Below are positions 58,901 to 64,000 of a stretch of DNA of 64,000 nucleotides, one piece after another. The notes beneath the pieces are model-generated. The model did not search any database. It was not told where the DNA came from and saw only the letters and a list, made by a program, of their open reading frames with translations. The stretch covers positions 1,034 to 65,033 of the IMG/VR virus record IMGVR_UViG_3300021399_000166; one strand, written 5' to 3'. Numbering within the stretch: the stretch's first letter is position 1; each line of letters starts with the position of its first letter. The stretch comes from a virus. Taxonomy: Duplodnaviria > Caudoviricetes. Both the position numbers and the translations under genes were made by a program.

Positions 58901-61900
58901 CAATTGTTTTACCTAATATTGGTATAACCACGATTGGTGATAGTGCATTTAAAGATTGTAAATCACTTACTTCGATTGATTTACCTGACTCGATAACCAC
59001 AATTGATGATGACGCATTTAATGGTTGTGAGAAATTAAGTAGTGTGTATATTCCATACAATGTAAAAAGAATTGGCAATAGTGCATTTAATGGCTGTAAG
59101 TCGCTTACAAATATTGTATTACCTAAAAAAATAACCACGATTGGTAATAGTGCTTTTGCAAATTGTGAAAAACTTCAGTCTGTAAGGGCTGAGATGACAA
59201 TTGTCAATAACAATGATAACGTTGTTAATAACAATAGTGAAGCTGTCAATATTGCTTCTAATGCTTTTGACAATACAAATATTGGGCTGATTATATATGT
59301 ACCAATGGATAAAGATGAGAAAACCTATGATTCAACAGGAACATTATACTACAAAGAAGTTTGGGGTAATAATGTTCAAGACAAAGTAGTTGCAATTGAA
59401 TTAACCGTGTTTAATTATAACAAGGTGAATATCAATCCGAGTGATTTATTGGATGAATTTGCACGAAATACGAGTGGTAATACAAATGGAAACACTGTTT
59501 ATTACAACTTCACAGACAGTTATGTTGCAGGTGAATATAAAGCATTCACACAAGTGACATATTTCAAGGCAAATGATTTCGTCAATACAATCAATAATGT
59601 TTTGTCACGCAGAAGAGAAATTGCCGATAGAATGCTGAAGACTTTCTACATGACAGAAGAAGGTGTATCAAAAAATTTCGAGATTACAAGTAACACGGAC
59701 GAAATGCCTGTACAACCAATCATTGTCTATCATGAAGAAGAAGTAGACGACGAAAGTGAATATATTTTAAATAATACTAATTTGACATATGAACAGACAA
59801 ATATGTTGCAAAATGTTAACATACCAACAATAACCTATAAGAGCAGCCCATCGTTTGGTGCTGATGCAAGTTCTGATGATATAATGATTACGAAATCCAA
59901 CAATATTGAGAAAAAACCGTTATCAACAGGTATAATGAATGTAAAACAGAAATCAATACCTTTGGATAGTGGAAATAAGGATTTCCCTTCAATCTCACTT
60001 AGTGGTGGCGTAAAGGCAATAAACCCGTCAAAGACAAATATTGTTGATTTGTTTGAATTCCCCGTTATTGATAAGATTGAAAGTTCTTCTGTTAAAGGAT
60101 GGAGTAAAATGATAAATATTCCATCATATGATAAGACGGGTATGATTAATATGGATGGTTTTATTTGTGGAAGACATAATAACGGCACTGTTGAACGTGA
60201 TGGTAATTTTGAAATAAGAAAATTTGGTAAATATGATATCACACTGTCTGACAACTTGAATCAAAACGTTAATCCATATACATATGTTGAGAGAAGAGTT
60301 ATTACAGGATTAACTGATGAATCATTAGCAAAATGGTGTATTGAAAAATTAAGAGATATTCTTTACACAGAGGATGTAAGCGAAGAGATTTTATATAATA
60401 TATGGTCTTTGCTTGGTGAAAATGTGCAGAAAGATTATGAACCTGGTTATTCGCCGATTACTTTTATTAAATTAAATAATTCGTTAAACGTTAAATGGCC
60501 GACCCCTCTCGCACTTTCTGAAATTGAAAACTTCACAGTTCCAGAAGAAGATTCAGAAGAAGTTTCAGAAAAAGGAAATATTAAGGAATTTTGCAAAAAC
60601 GAAGATGATAAATACAAATACGATAAAGACATATATAACGATTATATAAATAATAATAATTACATTAAAATATATTATGCTATAAAATCTAAACAAGATA
60701 CAATTACAACGGAAGAGTATGGAGAATTAAAAAAATATAACGTATTTAATTCGTATTCAAAAGAAACGTTGTCAGAAATAATTGATAGTATGTCAGTATC
60801 TACTCATAATAATGATGTATATATTATGTGTGATGAGACGTTAAATGTAAGAACAAAGAAATGGCAAATAAACCAAGAAAATTGGAATAATTGTATTGCG
60901 AAGAGTTTAGTTAATTTTAGTGATAAGTTCCAAATAATATATAATGATAATTATCCACGTCAATATGCTTTTGGTAGTAACTCTAAGAACAATAATCTGA
61001 ATATTGGTGAAATAAACGAAACATTTAGTTTCAATAAAAGGCTATGGCTTGATGAAGAACAGAGTCTTACTGCTGCATCTTTTGGTGGATGGAATGAAGA
61101 AGCAAACGGTTTAGTTTTTAATCAGGGAGAAAACTCCAATGGTTATTATGTACTTTATTCATTACAAAGTCACACCCCATATGATGCTAATGGTGGTTCT
61201 TGGCCTTCGGGTAACTATGATGACAATTATCCATTGAATGATGTTGATTTTAACGGTATAAGAAGTCAATTTGGAAATAATATTCCTAATATTTTTAAAT
61301 GGGAAGGAGATTTTGTTAAAATTCGTGCTGATAAACAAAATGTTGATTATCCTTTTAATGAACTTCATACGGCAAAGACTTTCATGTCGGAATGGAAACG
61401 TGTTATACCTGAAGAAAACCAAACTAAATATTCTTGTTCAACCACAGGTAGATTTAAAGCACGGCATTTTGGAGACCATATCACCAATAGGGGGAGTACA
61501 TTCGATAGGGTCTATTGTGTGTATGTAGAAAAAAACATTCGTTTAATTTCACCGTTGTATCATATAGTTTCTTTATATACGACACCAATTCTTGGTAATT
61601 TAATATATTTAGATTTAGATGCTAGTGATAATAAAATAATAAAGACAGGTACAATATTCGGAATCGGCGTAGATAGATTCCCCTATTTTAGGAATTATGA
61701 TTATACTGTGAACGGTATAGGTTTCAGAGTAAGAGCAAGGTCAGCAGAATTATATTATCGTGAAGTTACTAAAGATTTCGATTTAGGTAAGAATAATTGC
61801 AAAATTTTTTATAAAGAAAATGAAGGATATTATTATTACACATATAACGAAGGGGAAGAACCCGAAGTTTTCAAAAATGGGACTAGTCAAATCCGTATAG

Positions 61901-62319
61901 ACACAAACTATTATGGCGAACTTATAGCAAAGGATATTACGGGTTTACGCCAAGTAGTGCGTAATGGTAGAGAAATTTTTTATAGAACTGAAACGTATAT
62001 ATCTATAAAATGGGTAATACCAGAAAATAATATTTATCCTGATTTCAAATTCATAAGTGAACAAAAAGATGAAGAAACAGACGAATTTACATTAATTAAT
62101 GAAATTACAAAACCATATCATTTAGGCAGTGATGGAATGACAAAAACAACATTACAGATACCGAAAAATAATGGCTTATATGATGTTAAAAAATGGAAGT
62201 GTAAATATTATGACAATGATAATCAAACAATTGATGAATATGAAATAAGTACTTCTATGCTTATTAGGACTCTTTTTGATAAGCCATGTATACTTACAGC
62301 AATAATTGGAGAAAATTGA
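49936..62319 (+). CDS. Giant 4127-aa modular virion protein (baseplate-associated, repeat arrays plus BspA LRR)
   Basis: Continuous ORF after the wedge genes; N-terminal GRV.ANGG.G.PN.KVS.F domain; WYD and YVNKQ repeat blocks; ITTIG.SAF.GC..L LRRs. Confidence 0.85.
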   Translation: MEENSKVYRIRTKVGESSPNVIHVPINQTYDTFEILSLKLNQTDTYKTYESGYGIIVGRVIANGGFGVPNSKVSVFIEVDDNESLKDTLLYNFTSTSDTDNDGVRYNLLPDYVESECHQDVGTFPNKRLVLDNDDVIEIFDKYWKYTTTTNNSGDYMLFGIPTGSQQLHVDIDLSDCGVLSQRPHNMIGKGYDIGMFESPNKFKSSTNLNSLPQIVTEDRGVYVYPYWGDTSNGDNTFAITRCDINIEYKFEPTAVFMGSIITDKGSNAIGKNCTATINNGKMSELVTGEGTIEMIRKTIDGRVEQFPIMGNRLIDGDGTWVYEIPMNLDYVTTDEFGNFVPTDNPDKGIATRARVRFRVRLDDTQYDNTARKRACYLIPNNPRLEDEGFDKTMEVDYEFGSLTREESYRDLFWNKVYTVKSYIPKIQKGDEQYNRQHTGIKWVNHANQNNPMPYNTLTVKLSFVHRIICILTGLVVQFVAFINQLISTVSFLLAVFIHLPSALIKGMAEGFEEIWLVGDLIAAVFRGVGSLVSTAEILGGVVVKHLTPKCIVLDRGFCDDNVNKKDYYPGCGWFLFYAFEFSDVAGTISDADIAWRLTKATHNEEYSNASPDEAREPENDPVMLHNCYENALAQENEATSFNFNNDWINGTLYAPLWYRKITPKKRFFFGLFTRKAKDEWCTSKQYFPSLRYIQHCAIERDGSKSITNFDGDTTDLKFVRNSECDNGDCHEKNVALAGLGGVIHSKKTMLGQDVYYYKPVEWSANLPSNELYTGKKKGELKLLFATDIVLLGSLDSCDMNGVPQFFKNLESTTYNMPGDILFTDYEFHYVIDPETGEATSNINTLDSTIHSEMAGCDWGNPNEFNIKDSVDSGLFYGIGCTNGETELYAKSCVNLSRICEYGVSLDVTKQIPILEKWNKETSESEIEQAEDGAYYKRLITDGFISWDELYNLDERSMFATMNGNQLKTKINTKNGLKEYDFRYLYPENFDGSLAERMKRTTQNYPPEVNYKYNYLLEKASRDYYLFRMGNKPYYYDSNNAFPRYENSFYFYFGLNEGKTAIEKFNSKYFAECDNEKGVYNNFNIYKKSSSWCSSLNNTYDGFIALDLEKIATPYSIVITGDDTFTLDDIRDEKIIFYNYKIYSIPEGFEDYSSKKFEEFEEIEGENKNIFIPNGAYYLTITDANEEEYHYELDMSYNFLMYSNNVQSFKKNHEDLLRSLGTNNAIMNNNTKLVYSNPEKIEREIGGVITVYGVHDNDDDIEQYKIEVREKVDFDKTDIQKTIENVGDTWYDVDGNFCEVTSIDTDGTIHYTKNGGTEHYTDKKKGDIVEEYKDMTKKLVVPEWYDRDGVKHYLTEKDKNGKYVYEEGTQQADFKPLVNKLEKDETWYDADGKKYTALSGDVGKTVVDYSVWTLELNLPTYYDKNGEKQYYPYQPNKETSVVDFELSDRLKKLKEVGDTWYDADGYFCEVTKIVDGTIYYTKNGEGNYTIVGRNTVVDYTDWVLELTPPTWYDLDGYFCEVTKIVDGTIYYTKNVKVGDTWLDEDGALCKVTSIDVDGTIHYTKNGEGNYTIVDYTISNRNTVTEVTFNSSLENAPYLEHLYNLYKGDDYVEKYYLEGSDDGVEYGISYKVISPYALTSDDYNKLTEYGKFDYEVYEYVNKQNTEDIITKAEWEGLSDGYSQKSYDIYNYINKQDSSIITKGEWEDLSDDYGQKSYDVYEYVNKQNPDDIITKTEWETLSEDQRDNYKPHTYVNKYDAEIITSEEWDVLPNVYCKEDYKPHTYVNKYDAEIITSEEWDVLPNVYCKEDYEIYQYVNKQDSSKVIYAEDYNELPDGYGKNHYKEEPSYCKIENKTEFITKEEYDDNVDIQFLYQQFHVLNENEDNILIEKGYEESLKEKDYNNIIVNYKKLTKVLVTEKTSIKFTTKDNKDEKEVTKKSNGWYYNDTKIPGDYIIDYAKFLTPLEDGDYYYNYEGIRNTYTDETPNDKNNNELDFTSLVRVLSFETWLDEDGALCKVTSLDDGTIHYTKNGVGDYTIDDRNTVINYNQPIWTKTTRSDDNYSWVDKNGVTRYEGVETLVVDYSWLLETTTQEEIVWYDKEGNVYKVTSVDTEGTIHYTINGKGDNTDKKVGGIVVDFNHDKFVFTLDEIGDAWYDEEGNFCEVTSIDADGIIHHTINGEGDKTIENRDTVVNYYKFMTEPLYLPTWYDADGNLYKVTSIDDGTIYYTKNGKKEDEKHNPYTIVGRNTVVDWSKYIGYDGGEITYDNGVITEIKNVLWYDSEKHSFAFGVPDENRTYIITVTQLCNVGDTVFETKNRIETNVFVSGVIKYKMFINGIDYEIIKNFDGHTGWNYNGTITKNKLTTNVGDLNENNPWFNVDKIYYHDYFEGKDDNKDEYPKINLKDIERFGIDKNENEQTYAIYATEIDKEDEEVGKKVNETYHGEDGKNKIVEANDVITTFVDKRNEDDVTTYKVIHFTVKNLTAAGETWYDADGVEHTASSGDVGKTVVDYSGWLITLNIIISVDIYNQLPEYTQNSYDEVYISKQDSNVIMPEDYNQLPEYNQGCYEEVYVNRNDETDIRSKAQWEELDPDTQNNYEQKYCNKYEEDDIIDPDEWAELTTEYCKRDYAKMYRNKNVKTDIKNYFKQYRNKQVPSEFISTEAYNRLPKNSEDSQNGYNEVYVNKQNSNVIMPEAYNLLDDGYSRNSYDVYQYVNKQNPDDIITKDVWEDLSKEQRDNYKPHTYLNKYDATKIITSEDWNDLPPNYCKEDYTKMYRNEHDTTTKFITPDDWSNLPKYCQKDYTEVYLSTWYDKNGTLNYMLPSEEGQERIDFRPLVKTIEKEGETWYDVNSVERVAGSNDIGQEVLDYSKSSDDNNLTKLKEIDFKTTDKTWYDKNGIVNEADSDKLGLYIDITYMTKGDNTTLFNIKETGYIDTLFIDKLKVDYNDGVYTYQYNFDRNGLHSVRIYLAQKTTYGDLLNDVIDFNECSDLNTIVLPNIGITTIGDSAFKDCKSLTSIDLPDSITTIDDDAFNGCEKLSSVYIPYNVKRIGNSAFNGCKSLTNIVLPKKITTIGNSAFANCEKLQSVRAEMTIVNNNDNVVNNNSEAVNIASNAFDNTNIGLIIYVPMDKDEKTYDSTGTLYYKEVWGNNVQDKVVAIELTVFNYNKVNINPSDLLDEFARNTSGNTNGNTVYYNFTDSYVAGEYKAFTQVTYFKANDFVNTINNVLSRRREIADRMLKTFYMTEEGVSKNFEITSNTDEMPVQPIIVYHEEEVDDESEYILNNTNLTYEQTNMLQNVNIPTITYKSSPSFGADASSDDIMITKSNNIEKKPLSTGIMNVKQKSIPLDSGNKDFPSISLSGGVKAINPSKTNIVDLFEFPVIDKIESSSVKGWSKMINIPSYDKTGMINMDGFICGRHNNGTVERDGNFEIRKFGKYDITLSDNLNQNVNPYTYVERRVITGLTDESLAKWCIEKLRDILYTEDVSEEILYNIWSLLGENVQKDYEPGYSPITFIKLNNSLNVKWPTPLALSEIENFTVPEEDSEEVSEKGNIKEFCKNEDDKYKYDKDIYNDYINNNNYIKIYYAIKSKQDTITTEEYGELKKYNVFNSYSKETLSEIIDSMSVSTHNNDVYIMCDETLNVRTKKWQINQENWNNCIAKSLVNFSDKFQIIYNDNYPRQYAFGSNSKNNNLNIGEINETFSFNKRLWLDEEQSLTAASFGGWNEEANGLVFNQGENSNGYYVLYSLQSHTPYDANGGSWPSGNYDDNYPLNDVDFNGIRSQFGNNIPNIFKWEGDFVKIRADKQNVDYPFNELHTAKTFMSEWKRVIPEENQTKYSCSTTGRFKARHFGDHITNRGSTFDRVYCVYVEKNIRLISPLYHIVSLYTTPILGNLIYLDLDASDNKIIKTGTIFGIGVDRFPYFRNYDYTVNGIGFRVRARSAELYYREVTKDFDLGKNNCKIFYKENEGYYYYTYNEGEEPEVFKNGTSQIRIDTNYYGELIAKDITGLRQVVRNGREIFYRTETYISIKWVIPENNIYPDFKFISEQKDEETDEFTLINEITKPYHLGSDGMTKTTLQIPKNNGLYDVKKWKCKYYDNDNQTIDEYEISTSMLIRTLFDKPCILTAIIGEN
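55172..55361 (+). repeat. Perfect 93-bp in-frame tandem duplication
   Basis: ACTACAAGCCACATACG...TAAGGAAG starts at 55172 and again at 55265. Confidence 0.9.
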
Positions 62320-62328
62320 ACTTAAATA

Positions 62329-64000
62329 ATGATAGAAGAAAGAATAAGATTAAATAGTACCAACTCGAATAATTCGGTTAACACCAAGGAGTATGTTGAT
62401 TTAGAGATAAATCAGCATACCAAGGTGTTTCCTTTCCCTTCTGTGACTGATGACTTAAGTCAAAGACAGATTTTTGAAGAGGAAAGAAGAAATTGCAATG
62501 ATTATCGTTTAATACTTACAATAAACCCCTATTGTTCAAACATTCTCTTCAATGTTGTAAGTGAAATTGTACAGAATGAAAGTTCAGATGAAACTGATAA
62601 AAACAAAAAAACCCTTCATATTATGGATTGTATAGAGGGAGAAAGTTTTAAAAGTTTTGAGTTGGGTGAAGATTATACAATTAAGGGCAAAATCGTTGAT
62701 ATGACATCATATGATATGGTTCGTAATACTGAGTATGCCAATGGTTCAGAACCGTTTGTATATCACTGTGGTTTGGATATTTTCAACAACCATATAATCA
62801 GAAACAATTCATTTAAACTTATCAATCCGTTACCAAAAAAGATTATACAGGAAGAAAAGAATGTTTTTAATACGATTGAAGATTTGATGCGTGATGCAAG
62901 CGGCAACCACATTCCATTGTCAAAAAGGACTGATATTGGTGATTATGACAGCAAAATACAGACTTTGAGGAATAAACATTTGTATGACATTGATGATATT
63001 GACTCTTTCAAAGATTGCATTAATAACAAATTAAGGGAAGAAAACGGTTGGTATGGTTTCTATAACACTTCTTCGATTACAACTAAACAATGGAATGGTG
63101 AGGAATGGGTTGACATGAAGACATCAAGAGTGTTCAATAACCAAGAAAGCGTGGGATGTGACTTTGTAGAGTTATATCCTGACAGTACGTTGTTTTCTTT
63201 TAATCCGAAATACAATTCATTTCTTAACCGAGAGGAGCAGAATTGGGATATATGTATTACATATCCTTATAAGAATGACTATGGGTATGATAACGACAAT
63301 TCTTTAATCTGTGGTAAACTCGAAAATAGCGAGGTAGTAAATGGGTTAAAACTTTTATCAGTCACAAGGGAAAAAGGCAGTTACGGTCAAGATATAATTT
63401 TGTTCAGAAGTTACGTTAAACATAATTTGGAGAGTGGTGATGTCATAAAGTTATATTATAAAGAAGAAAACAAAAATTTTGAAACAGAAATAGAGGGTGA
63501 AACTTTCACGGTACTTAATGTAGGGGATTTGAAAGGAAATAATAAGGAGTACTATTTTTATATAAATGATACTGAAGATATAATAATTAATGAAAAAAAT
63601 AAAACAACTGATGAAAAAAATATACAATATTATCGTTTTGTTAAATTTACTGATGATATAGAACGTAAGTATTATTATCGCAAGTTTAGAAAACTCCCTA
63701 ATTTCAAATACAAGAAGGAAGAATATGTTAAAGGTGATGATTTAGAGAAGTATATTGATAACAATGCCAAATATGGTGCTGAAAACAAGAAAATGTATTT
63801 GTTCGACAAGGAACAATATCCATTGGGTTTTGCAAAGACAATATATGGTGATGATGTTACCCAGGTGACTTTTACTGACAGTCTCAATATTGAAAATCTC
63901 ACTGATAATCTTGGAAGACCACTAACTGAGTTATTTGTGACAATAATAAAAAGAAATAAAGGACATGAAAAATGGTATATTAAAGACAAAATTAAGGATG
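62329..64000 (+). CDS. Structural-module protein, 3'-truncated by window end
   Basis: ATG at 62329, MIEERIRLNS...YRLILTINPYCSNILFN; no stop seen in the part translated by hand, and absence from the ORF track fits a frame that runs off the window. Confidence 0.75.
   Translation, partial: MIEERIRLNSTNSNNSVNTKEYVDLEINQHTKVFPFPSVTDDLSQRQIFEEERRNCNDYRLILTINPYCSNILFNVVSEIVQNESSDETDKNKKTLHIMDCIEGESFKSFELGEDYTIKGKIVDMTSYDMVRNTEYANGSEPFVYHCGLDIFNNHIIRNNSFKLINPLPKKIIQEEKNVFNTIEDLMRDASGNHIPLSKRTDIGDYDSKIQTLRNKHLYDIDDIDSFKDCINNKLREENGWYGFYNTSSITTKQWNGEEWVDMKTSRVFNNQESVGCDFVELYPDSTLFSFNPKYNSFLNREEQNWDICITYPYKNDYGYDNDNSLICGKLENSEVVNGLKLLSVTREKGSYGQDIILFRSYVKHNLESGDVIKLYYKEENKNFETEIEGETFTVLNVGDLKGNNKEYYFYINDTEDIIINEKNKTTDEKNIQYYRFVKFTDDIERKYYYRKFRKLPNFKYKKEEYVKGDDLEKYIDNNAKYGAENKKMYLFDKEQYPLGFAKTIYGDDVTQVTFTDSLNIENLTDNLGRPLTELFVTIIKRNKGHEKWYIKDKIKD

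Noticed and set aside
49936-62319. Diversity-generating retroelement target
   Set aside because: No reverse transcriptase and no template/variable pair differing only at adenines was seen in this window; one elsewhere in the genome cannot be excluded.
1-64000. Lak-type TAG-to-Gln recoding
   Set aside because: Late genes of 1064-4127 aa are fully open in the standard code. TAG ends genes at 4280 and 14626, and the TAG at 43951-43953 is a splice junction.
1-64000. tRNA or rRNA genes
   Set aside because: No GTTCRANTC T-arm or cloverleaf was noticed in the intergenic regions; not confirmed by tRNAscan.

Overview
AT-rich segment of a large contractile-tailed (T4-like tail module) jumbo phage, read in the standard genetic code. 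Bacteroidales-type thyA, BspA-like LRR proteins, TTTG..TAnnTTTG promoters and an anaerobic RNR point to a gut Bacteroidota host (inference). Structural genes are interleaved with replication and nucleotide genes. Structural: neck, sheath, two tube paralogs, tail chaperone, tape measure, baseplate hub/wedge, tail lysins and a 4127-aa modular protein. Replication/nucleotide: SNF2 helicase, DEDDh exonuclease, gp32-like SSB, tdk, thyA, RecA/UvsX, 5'-3' exonuclease, DnaB-like helicase and nrdD-trx-nrdG. Features missed by the ORF track: (1) a 992-nt group I intron splitting nrdD and carrying a nonsense-inactivated GIY-YIG gene; (2) a promoter-preceded TnpB omegaRNA-like scaffold with no tnpB/tnpA nearby (about 40290-40483), the best candidate for an undescribed system; (3) an unidentified multi-hairpin RNA with its own promoter (about 38558-38730); (4) a likely programmed frameshift in the tail chaperone; (5) a palindromic ACTAGT array (candidate origin); (6) two promoter classes. 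No tRNA, rRNA or CRISPR array was seen. All product calls come from motif recognition by eye, not database searches.
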